From an archaeon (GTDB lineage Archaea; Iainarchaeota; Iainarchaeia; Iainarchaeales; JANQMZ01): DNA of 32,000 nucleotides. The position numbers and the translations under genes are program-made. Positions 9,095 to 15,504 of this stretch are shown in pieces. The stretch spans positions 270,001 to 302,000 of the forward strand of contig JANQMZ010000007.1 in NCBI GenBank assembly GCA_028279805.1, written 5' to 3'. Positions within the stretch are counted from its first letter, which is position 1, and each line of letters starts with the position of its first letter. Under the pieces are notes generated by a model. It was not told the origin of the DNA. It saw nothing but the letters and a program-made list of their open reading frames with translations, and made no database searches.

Positions 9095-9442
9095 TTAAGG
9101 ATTATTTCTTCTGGCTGATTCGCCGGATTTTTCCAATTGCTGAGCCTCAATATACAAATCGCTTAGATACCATCTGATTTGTTTTTTTTCCTCTTCACTT
9201 TCAATATTTGCTTCAACTTCTTCTTCTAAAATTTTAATTTCCGCTCGAATTTTTTCAAGCTCTGGCAAATGAATATTTTCCTGAACAATTTGAAGTTTTT
9301 CAGCAACACTTTTTGCATCCCTAAGAGAAGGAAACCATTTCTGCAGATTAAGAGTTTGTGCAAGTATTTGCTCTTCCCTTTCAGGATTCACCGATTTTTT
9401 AATCCTGCCCGTTTTTCTTTCCGTTGGTCTTCGTTCATGCAT
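9095..9442 (-). CDS. Uncharacterised helical protein B (115 aa) with basic N-tail, trio member
   Basis: Begins MHERRPTERKTGRIKK, contains WFPSL, then IKILEEEV 28 aa later, and ends ARRNNP. Its stop lies 10 nt upstream of the start of protein A. Confidence 0.7.
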   Translation of the reverse strand: MHERRPTERKTGRIKKSVNPEREEQILAQTLNLQKWFPSLRDAKSVAEKLQIVQENIHLPELEKIRAEIKILEEEVEANIESEEEKKQIRWYLSDLYIEAQQLEKSGESARRNNP

Positions 9443-9457
9443 AAAATCACTTTTAAT

Positions 9458-9784
9458 TTATTTTTCCACACCCTTTAATATTTCTGCCATTAAAACGGAT
9501 CGTTCTATGATTGCGTTAACAAAAGATTTTTCGTAGCTTGTTACAGCCCAGGGAAGAACTTCTTCTCTCAAAATTTGAATAGTGCTTAAAACAACTTCAT
9601 GCCTGGAATTACTTCTTACCTCAGCTTCTAAAAGTTGTCGGGCAATTTCATGAGGATTTGGAAGAAAAGGAAAGTCTTTTCTTAATTCCTTAGTTGCTTT
9701 ATTCAAAGGTTTCTTAAAAGGAAAAAAACTATGCAATTCATCAAAAGTTATTTCCCGGTTTCTTCTTTTTTCATGTTTTGGCAT
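9458..9784 (-). CDS. Uncharacterised helical protein C (108 aa) with basic N-tail, trio member
   Basis: Begins MPKHEKRRNRE, contains DFPFL, then IQILREEV 27 aa later. It starts 34 nt after the nth stop, and its stop lies 15 nt upstream of the start of protein B. Confidence 0.7.
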   Translation of the reverse strand: MPKHEKRRNREITFDELHSFFPFKKPLNKATKELRKDFPFLPNPHEIARQLLEAEVRSNSRHEVVLSTIQILREEVLPWAVTSYEKSFVNAIIERSVLMAEILKGVEK

Positions 9785-9818
9785 AAAAGAATACTGTTTG
9801 CGTTGTTTATAAGTTTTT

Positions 9819-10484
9819 TTAAACCAGAGAACTTGGGCATAATTTGTTTATAACACAATTTTTACAATCCGGCTTGCGTGCCTGGCAAATTTTGCGCCCG
9901 TGCCAGATTAAAGTTGAATTGATTTTTGGCCAGTCTTTTTCGTCAATTAATTTTAACAAATCCTGTTCAATTTTGTCAGGATTTTTTTCTGTGCTAAAAA
10001 ACATGCGATTGCTTAAACGTTTTACATGAGTGTCAACTGCGATTCCGACCGTTTTGCCAAAACCATATGACAAAACAATGTTGGCGGTTTTTCTTGCAAC
10101 TCCCGGCAGAGTAATTAATTCTTCCATTGTTTTCGGAGTTTTTCCGTTAAATTCTTTTACAATTTTTTTTGAAGCATTTTTAATATTTTTAGCTTTTGCG
10201 TTAAAAAAACCGGTTGATTTGATTAAACGTTTTAATTCTGTCAAATTTGCAGAAGCAAAATCCTGCGGAGTTTTAAAGCGTTTAAAAAGTTCCGGTGTTA
10301 CTTTGTTCACGCGTTCATCAGTGCATTGAGCTGAAAGAATTGTTGCAACCATTAACTGAAAAGGGTTTTTATGGGTTAAAGCTGTGCCGGGAGCATATTT
10401 TTGTTTTTCAAGTTTTTTTAAAATTTTTTCAGCTCTTTTTTTGCGTTTTTGAAAAGATTCTTTTTTTGCATCTGAAAAATTCAT
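9819..10484 (-). CDS. nth: Endonuclease III (DNA glycosylase / AP lyase)
   Basis: Helix-hairpin-helix LPGVARKTANIVL, the catalytic-Asp region VDTHVKR, and the C-terminal 4Fe-4S loop CQARKPDCKNCVINKLC. Confidence 0.9.
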   Translation of the reverse strand: MNFSDAKKESFQKRKKRAEKILKKLEKQKYAPGTALTHKNPFQLMVATILSAQCTDERVNKVTPELFKRFKTPQDFASANLTELKRLIKSTGFFNAKAKNIKNASKKIVKEFNGKTPKTMEELITLPGVARKTANIVLSYGFGKTVGIAVDTHVKRLSNRMFFSTEKNPDKIEQDLLKLIDEKDWPKINSTLIWHGRKICQARKPDCKNCVINKLCPSSLV

Positions 10485-10993
10485 TGTTTTTCAACTTTTA
10501 TTAAAATTTTTTTACCGATAACAGGAATAAGTTTTTGCAATTCAATTTCAACATCTTTTTTTAACAAAATTTGGTCAGCTGATTTGTCAGGAAGTTTGCC
10601 GTTGACCTGAAAAACATAAAAGCCTTTTTTTCCGTCAACGGATGTGATATAAATTCCGTCAGGTTTTTTTTCAACACCCAGCCCTGAAACTTTTTTTAAT
10701 GCGTTTAACAGGGAATCCCCTTCCTTAACCTGAACAGTAAAAGGTTTTTCAACCAAATTCCAGACTTTTTCAATTGGTTTCATTGCATTTCTTTTAAGTT
10801 TTAAAACATGGGTGTTGCCAATTTGCTCTCTTTCAATCAAACCTGCTTTTTCCAAAACAAGAATATGTTTTAACGCAACAGGTGTTGAAATTCCGAGTTC
10901 TTTGGCTAAAGCGGAAATATGCATGTTTTTTTTAAGCAAAATTTTCAGAATATTTCTCCTGTTTGCATTTCCCAAAACTTTAAACAAATCCAT
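10481..10993 (-). CDS. ArsR-family winged-HTH fused to a DUF4430-like (transcobalamin beta-domain-like) C-terminal domain
   Basis: The N-domain is LGNANRRNILKILLKKNMHISALAKELGISTPVALKHILVLEKAGLIERE. The C-domain VQVKEGDSLLNALKK...GIYITSVDGKKGFYVFQVNGKLPDKSADQILLKKDVEIEL follows my recollection of the DUF4430 pattern. Its stop overlaps the nth start (ATGA). Confidence 0.6.
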   Translation of the reverse strand: MDLFKVLGNANRRNILKILLKKNMHISALAKELGISTPVALKHILVLEKAGLIEREQIGNTHVLKLKRNAMKPIEKVWNLVEKPFTVQVKEGDSLLNALKKVSGLGVEKKPDGIYITSVDGKKGFYVFQVNGKLPDKSADQILLKKDVEIELQKLIPVIGKKILIKVEKQ

Positions 10994-11084
10994 TCAAACA
11001 CAACCTTTTGGGTAACGATTGTTAGTATTCAGAAAAAAAGTTAATTAAAAGCTATTGGAATGTGCATGTGGGCTCTGGAATATG

Positions 11085-11984
11085 TCAGGCAGCTGATTCA
11101 ACCTGTTTTGTCATCGCCCAGTCCATTAAAGTTTCTGAAATGGCAATAAGACTCTGGTTTACACGCATTTTTGAATAAGATTTAATGTCTTCAGGTTCTT
11201 TTGAATCAAGGGATGTGCAAATTCTGATAAAATTTATTGCATCCTCAGGAGTCAGCCAGTTGTCATCCGAATCGTCTTTTTCAATCAAACTTTTTAAAGA
11301 ATCAACTGCGGGTAAAAGTTTTTCTAGAAAATTTAAATCCTTTTTTTCAAAAGTTATTATGTGGTCAGCCATTCTCTCAACAGACATTGAAATTCTTGAA
11401 ATGTAATACAAGTCAATTGGTTTTAATTTTGAAGAACGGTTCATTGTTAAAGCTGAAATTACTGCACGTTCAATCAAATTTTTTGACTTGTCTATCTCTT
11501 CTTCATATTTTTCAATGAGTTTTTTGTCAAAATCGTTAACCATTGAAAAAATTAAAGTTTTTAAACGCCTTATCATTGACCTTAAAGTTGCATGCGGGTT
11601 TTCAATTAAAATATTTGATTCTCCGAAAATTGTTTTGTTTCCGATTTCAATCAATTCAATGTTTAAAAGATTCGGATTCATTAAATCATGAAAAGACAAA
11701 TCTTTGTTCAGCAAAATTTTGAAAGATTTGGCAGGATTAATATAACAGGCAACTATTATTTTTTCCAAAACTTTTGGGTCACTTTCATTTACTTTTATTA
11801 CAATGTCTTTTCCTTTTTTTTCATTAATGCCCGAACTTATATTCAGGGAACCGTCAGCTGTTTCCGTCAGGGTGACAGGAACATTCTGATTTATTTTATA
11901 TTTTTTACACCAGCTTGTAGGCAGATAAACATAATGCATTTTGCCGGTTTTCTGAATTTTTCTGATATCGCCTGAGACAACCAT
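11085..11984 (-). CDS. AbrB/SpoVT-domain plus PhoU-like regulator (archaeal phosphate uptake regulator type)
   Basis: N-terminal RKIQKTGKMHYVYLPTSWCKKYKI is an AbrB-like swapped-hairpin signature. The helical remainder has the size and periodicity of tandem PhoU repeats (RSMIRRL...; VERMADHI). Confidence 0.6.
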   Translation of the reverse strand: MVVSGDIRKIQKTGKMHYVYLPTSWCKKYKINQNVPVTLTETADGSLNISSGINEKKGKDIVIKVNESDPKVLEKIIVACYINPAKSFKILLNKDLSFHDLMNPNLLNIELIEIGNKTIFGESNILIENPHATLRSMIRRLKTLIFSMVNDFDKKLIEKYEEEIDKSKNLIERAVISALTMNRSSKLKPIDLYYISRISMSVERMADHIITFEKKDLNFLEKLLPAVDSLKSLIEKDDSDDNWLTPEDAINFIRICTSLDSKEPEDIKSYSKMRVNQSLIAISETLMDWAMTKQVESAA

Positions 11985-12054
11985 ATATGAGTTATACTTA
12001 GCGACAAGTATATATTGTTTATTGCTTTAAAACAGCTTTTTTTAAGATATTGAA

Positions 12055-12189
12055 CTATTTTTTGGAATCCTTTAATTTTTGGGAAACTACGTGCATTTTT
12101 CCCATTTGTGCTGCAAGTGAAACCCTGCCAATAATAAGGCCTGCTATGAAAAAAGCAAAAGCGTAAATGTAAATCATTAAAGGACTCAT
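12055..12189 (-). CDS. Speculative 44-aa single-pass membrane peptide in the largest intergenic gap
   Basis: Translation: MSPLMIYIYAFAFFIAGLIIGRVSLAAQMGKMHVVSQKLKDSKK. It is below the track cutoff, has a hydrophobic N-half and basic C-half, and has no other support. Confidence 0.25.
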   Translation of the reverse strand: MSPLMIYIYAFAFFIAGLIIGRVSLAAQMGKMHVVSQKLKDSKK

Positions 12190-12316
12190 TTACACAAAAT
12201 GTTTTCTTTTAAATATAAACAAAATCCAAATAATAAATATACAATATAAAAAATAGATATTCAAAAATGTTAAAATTTTTATACTAGAATGTTATTATTT
12301 TTGCAAGTGACCTGAA

Positions 12317-12586
12317 ATGAGACCTGCTGAACACCACCAAAGAGCTCCGAGAGCTGCTGCAGAAAGAAAAGTTGCCGAGAGAGGCAGGCAATACAGAGAC
12401 CTTCATTCTCAAAGGCGCCGACTTATAAGGGAACTGGAAGCATCCAGAAATGAAATGAGAAGGCTTCAGGGAATGAGAGAAGACGGAATCGCGGTTCCAC
12501 AAAATCAGATTAGTGATGTTCAAAACAAAATTAAAAAACTTAAAAAGGATATTGACTCTGTTGAAAGCAAATTAAAAAACTTGTAA
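12317..12586 (+). CDS. Uncharacterised Arg-rich coiled-coil protein D (89 aa)
   Basis: Begins MRPAEHHQRAPRAAAERKVAERGRQYRDL, followed by a heptad-like C-half (VQNKIKKLKKDIDSVESKLKNL). It is preferred over the antisense ORF 12284-12523, which is Ser-rich and low-complexity. Confidence 0.55.
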   Translation: MRPAEHHQRAPRAAAERKVAERGRQYRDLHSQRRRLIRELEASRNEMRRLQGMREDGIAVPQNQISDVQNKIKKLKKDIDSVESKLKNL

Positions 12587-12592
12587 AAATAA

Positions 12593-13087
12593 TTATTTGT
12601 TTAGCCTTTCACCAATAAAAAAGTGAAGAGCTGCTTCGGATTCAGGGTTAAAAAAATTTTGCTGTTTAAGTTTTTCAACTGCTTTGGGAATGCTTGCAAG
12701 ATGAACCGCTTCCAATATTCCACGAGCCTGTTCCTCTGTTAATCCTTTTGCAGTCAAAGCGAATACTGCAGTTGGAGAGCCTGCAAGTTCTCTTGCAAAA
12801 GCTTCAAAAACTTTTAAACCAGCTCTTTCATAAAGTGGTGCCGCACGAGCAAAATCAGAACTTTTTGCAAGTTCATGTGCATAAACCGCATCTCTTTTTT
12901 TTTCAAGCCTTTTAACTATATCAGGTTTTGCACCGGATTCTCTTGCTATTGAAAGCTGATTTTCAGTTTCTCTTTTAGCTATTTGAAACTGCCTGTTTCT
13001 TTCACTCGGAGTTTTTGCAATTCTTAACCCTTCAATTGAAGGGAGGCCATATTGTCTCCGTATAGTTTTTTTGTTTGGAATAGGCAT
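12593..13087 (-). CDS. Uncharacterised Ala-rich helical protein E (164 aa) with basic N-tail
   Basis: The start is taken at MPIPNKKTIRRQ (13087). A TTTAAATAT TATA-like element lies about 37 nt upstream on the minus strand (13124-13132). No family was recognised. Confidence 0.6.
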   Translation of the reverse strand: MPIPNKKTIRRQYGLPSIEGLRIAKTPSERNRQFQIAKRETENQLSIARESGAKPDIVKRLEKKRDAVYAHELAKSSDFARAAPLYERAGLKVFEAFARELAGSPTAVFALTAKGLTEEQARGILEAVHLASIPKAVEKLKQQNFFNPESEAALHFFIGERLNK

Positions 13088-13150
13088 AAAAAAACACCAA
13101 TAATAAAATAATGTTAACAAGTTATATTTAAACCTGAAGTTGAAAGGGGC

Positions 13151-13184
13151 TTTGTACTTTTATTCGTTTTTGTACTTTTATTCG
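13151..13184. repeat. Tandem direct repeat, 2 x TTTGTACTTTTATTCG with an 18-bp period, in a divergent promoter region
   Basis: Exact 16-nt copies at 13151-13166 and 13169-13184, between the divergent starts at 13087 (-) and 13273 (+). Confidence 0.8.
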
Positions 13185-13244
13185 GATATTTTTGAATGCT
13201 TTTTTAAGGTTTTGAAAATTTGGCTGAAACCGTGAAACATAGTT

Positions 13245-13252
13245 ATTTATAT
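13245..13252 (+). promoter_or_regulatory. TATA-box candidate giving a near-leaderless transcript for protein F
   Basis: ATTTATAT ends 21 nt upstream of ATG 13273. This spacing fits archaeal TATA-to-TSS distances. Confidence 0.35.
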
Positions 13253-13272
13253 GATAAAAAGGCAATTAAGGT

Positions 13273-13659
13273 ATGGCTAGGGCTCCGAGGCAGATTGGGC
13301 ATAAACCTTTTGATAGAAAAAGATTGTCTATGTGGAACAGTATTTCATCTGAAGGGCTTTTAAAAAAAAGGGAAGAATATGCTTTTGAAATACTTCCGGA
13401 ACTGCTTTATGAAGCAAATAATGGAAATCGTGAGGCAAGAAGGCAGCTGGCTGAAAGTTCTCAGGATTTGATTGAAATTGAAAGGCTTTTAAGGGAAAGA
13501 AATGTTTCACCGGGAGGCGTTTCTGAAAAGGCTAAAAGGCAGAATGTTCTTCGAGCAATTGAAGAAGCTGAAACAAAATTATCAGAATCTGAAAACCAGA
13601 TTGAAAAAGAAATTCTTGAAAGCAGGTTAAAAGCTTTAAAAGAATTATTATCAGGATAA
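13273..13659 (+). CDS. Uncharacterised helical protein F (128 aa) with basic N-tail
   Basis: Begins MARAPRQIGHKPFDRKRL, followed by a charged helical body (IEIERLLRERN..., EKEILESRLKALKELL). The antisense ORFs are low-complexity. Confidence 0.6.
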   Translation: MARAPRQIGHKPFDRKRLSMWNSISSEGLLKKREEYAFEILPELLYEANNGNREARRQLAESSQDLIEIERLLRERNVSPGGVSEKAKRQNVLRAIEEAETKLSESENQIEKEILESRLKALKELLSG

Positions 13660-13673
13660 AATTTGAACAAATT

Positions 13674-13931
13674 CTAAGGCTTTCTTCTGCCTAAAAGAAT
13701 TTTTGCTTTTTCTTCATGTTGCTGTGCTTTTTCAACGTTTCCTTCTTTTCTTAGTCTTTGCGCTTCACTTTGATGTGCTCCGGCTGCAGATTCCCATAAT
13801 CCGAGTTGTTGATAACGTTCTGCCGCTCCTATAAAATTGCCCTGAGCCATTAAATTGTTTGCTTTTGTAAGCCCGCCCAAACGTTCCTGTAAATGTTCGC
13901 TTGTTTCCGTTCTTCTTCGTCTTAATGCCAT
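13674..13931 (-). CDS. Uncharacterised TPR-like helical protein G (85 aa) with Arg N-tail
   Basis: The start is taken at MALRRRRTE (13931). The TPR-like segment is ANNLMAQGNFIGAAERYQQLGLWESAAGAH. It ends LLGRRKP. Confidence 0.55.
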   Translation of the reverse strand: MALRRRRTETSEHLQERLGGLTKANNLMAQGNFIGAAERYQQLGLWESAAGAHQSEAQRLRKEGNVEKAQQHEEKAKILLGRRKP

Positions 13932-14010
13932 TTTAGAAATAAGATTAAAGTGATTAATAAACATGCCTTTTGCATTATTAATAAAAAGAATTGGTTTCAA
14001 ATAAAGTCAA

Positions 14011-14442
14011 ATGAAAAACAAAACTTTTATGGTAATAATTTTTGCACTGATTTTAATAGCGGGATGTACCAATGGAACAGATGTAAAAAAAGAGAAACAG
14101 GTAAAAGATGAAGATTTGCCTGACAAAACCATAAAACCTTACATTGTAATAAGCATTCAGGAATTAAATGAAGATGCGGTAAGTTATACCGGTGAAAAAG
14201 TTTTACTTGAAGGATTTTTCGGTCATAAAAATTTTTACGGAAACACCGGAATGTCTTATTTGATAACAGATTATGGTTTGTTTTTAGTTGACCAGCCATT
14301 GCCTGTGAAAAGTTTTGTAAGGCTTGACGGAGAAATCCCGGTTGAACATGATTCAAAACAAATAAAAGTTATTGGAATTGTTCAGCAAGCTGATGACAAA
14401 ATAACTGTTATTGTTGTTGAATCTTTTGAGGTGAAAGAATGA
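14011..14442 (+). CDS. Secreted protein with signal peptide and lipobox-like Cys (LIAGC)
   Basis: Begins MKNKTFMVIIFALILIAGCTNG. The beta-rich mature part may be OB-like, which is a guess. Its stop overlaps the next gene's start (ATGA). Confidence 0.6.
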   Translation: MKNKTFMVIIFALILIAGCTNGTDVKKEKQVKDEDLPDKTIKPYIVISIQELNEDAVSYTGEKVLLEGFFGHKNFYGNTGMSYLITDYGLFLVDQPLPVKSFVRLDGEIPVEHDSKQIKVIGIVQQADDKITVIVVESFEVKE

Positions 14443-15479
14443 AAAAAATTTTCACCGCATTATTGTTTTCAGTTTTTTTAATTGCAGGAGCTTTTTTTGC
14501 AAATGCAGATTTTGAATTAAACACAGCTGAAGATGACTGTAAACTTGCAATAATAATTAATGGCGCAGTAAAAGCGGATGATGACCATATTCGTTACTGG
14601 AATGCGGTTAAACAAAAATGGGCTTATCTCGAAGGAGAAAATTTTACTCCTTCAAATATTTATGTGCATTATACCAATGGAACCGGCAGAGATGATTCAG
14701 GAATTGTTGATGGCCCGGCTTCAGGTGAAAGCATTCTTGAAACATTTGAAGCAATAGCTCAAAAAATAAGAGACTGTGAATCAAGAGGAAAAAGAGCAGA
14801 GGTTCTAATTCTTGTAACAGACCATGGTTTAAGCGTTCAGGGAACAGCAGGAATTCCTCTTGAAGGAGGAGACATTTTGTATCCGGATGCTTTGGCTGAT
14901 TTAATAAGAACATTAAAGGATGCGGGAACAGTTGATGTTTGGGTTGAATTGGGACAATGTTTTAGCGGCGGTTTTATTGATGATTTGGAAAATGTTGCAA
15001 ACGGTGTTGCGGCTTCAACAGGAGCAGACCAGAATCATTACAGCACCAGGGATAGAATGAGGTTTGAATATTATTTTATGGCTGCATTGGATGGAAATTA
15101 TCCTGATGGAAACGTGGTTACAGGCGTTCCTTCAACCGGCAACCCATGGCAGGATGCATGGGAGTTTGCCAAAAGAAAATACCAGGAAGAACTGGGTTCC
15201 GGTGAAATTTCTGAACCGGTTTATGGCGGTTCAGGAATTCCAAATTATTGTGGCAATGGTGTTGTGGATGACGGAGAACAATGTGATATTGCTTTGGAAA
15301 CAAATTCTTGCAGTGAAAAACAGGAATGTTCAAATGAATGCCAGTGCCAGAATTTGTGCGGAAACGGACAAATAGATGAAAGTGAAGAATGTGACATATC
15401 AGATGATTCCGACCAGTTTCAATGTTATGATGAGGGTTATTGCAGTGAAACTTTGTGCAAATGCATTCCTTTTAACTAA
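14439..15479 (+). CDS. Secreted clan-CD cysteine peptidase-like protein (legumain/C13-like) with C-terminal cysteine-rich repeats
   Basis: Signal peptide MKKIFTALLFSVFLIAGAFFANA. A His-Cys dyad follows hydrophobic strands (VLILVTDHG ... about 45 aa ... VWVELGQCFSGGF; compare legumain FTDHG / EACESGS). Two CGNGxxDxxExCD repeats lie in 15249-15476. GAGGTGA sits 4 nt before the ATG. Confidence 0.55.
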   Translation: MKKIFTALLFSVFLIAGAFFANADFELNTAEDDCKLAIIINGAVKADDDHIRYWNAVKQKWAYLEGENFTPSNIYVHYTNGTGRDDSGIVDGPASGESILETFEAIAQKIRDCESRGKRAEVLILVTDHGLSVQGTAGIPLEGGDILYPDALADLIRTLKDAGTVDVWVELGQCFSGGFIDDLENVANGVAASTGADQNHYSTRDRMRFEYYFMAALDGNYPDGNVVTGVPSTGNPWQDAWEFAKRKYQEELGSGEISEPVYGGSGIPNYCGNGVVDDGEQCDIALETNSCSEKQECSNECQCQNLCGNGQIDESEECDISDDSDQFQCYDEGYCSETLCKCIPFN

Positions 15480-15504
15480 TTTTTTTTATTATTTAATGTT
15501 TTGT

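Noticed and set aside
8386-9150. Long N-terminal extensions given by the ORF track (8386-9150, and similarly 5468-6253, 6228-6479, 7768-8364, 12593-13120, 13674-14000, 18459-19754)
   Set aside because: The extensions overlap the upstream gene or add hydrophobic or odd residues before a clean Met that matches the family N-terminus. Internal ATG starts were preferred. They remain unverified.
9458-9784. PIP-box-like FDELHSFF near the N-terminus of protein C
   Set aside because: It lacks the canonical Gln and is not shared by paralogues A and B. This is insufficient to call a PCNA-interaction motif.
11185-11975. Several plus-strand ORFs (11185-11406, 11237-11518, 11488-11691, 11688-11975) opposite the AbrB-PhoU gene
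   Set aside because: They are overlapping, Phe/Ser/Ile-rich products typical of the antisense strand of AT-rich coding DNA.
12284-12523. Minus-strand 79-aa ORF overlapping protein D
   Set aside because: It is Ser/Phe-rich and low-complexity, with no promoter-like context. The plus-strand reading gives a coherent basic coiled-coil protein with a TATA-like element upstream. Strand assignment remains unproven without expression data.
12317-13100. The G+C-richer stretch as a horizontally acquired island or provirus remnant
   Set aside because: No integrase, transposase, tRNA target, flanking direct repeats or virion-like genes were seen. The compositional shift may simply reflect Arg/Ala-rich protein composition.
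8386-13931. Arg-rich N-termini as twin-arginine (Tat) export signals
   Set aside because: No hydrophobic h-region or signal-peptidase site follows the basic stretch. The proteins are uniformly charged and helical.
14027-14356. 109-aa minus-strand ORF opposite the lipobox protein gene
   Set aside because: It is an antisense shadow. The plus-strand gene has a signal peptide and lipobox and is coupled to the downstream gene.
8386-15479. The legumain-like peptidase (Asn-specific family) processing the ...R-N-N-P / ...R-K-N-P termini of the orphan proteins
   Set aside because: The peptidase has a signal peptide and the orphan proteins do not, so they would sit in different compartments. The link is only a motif coincidence.
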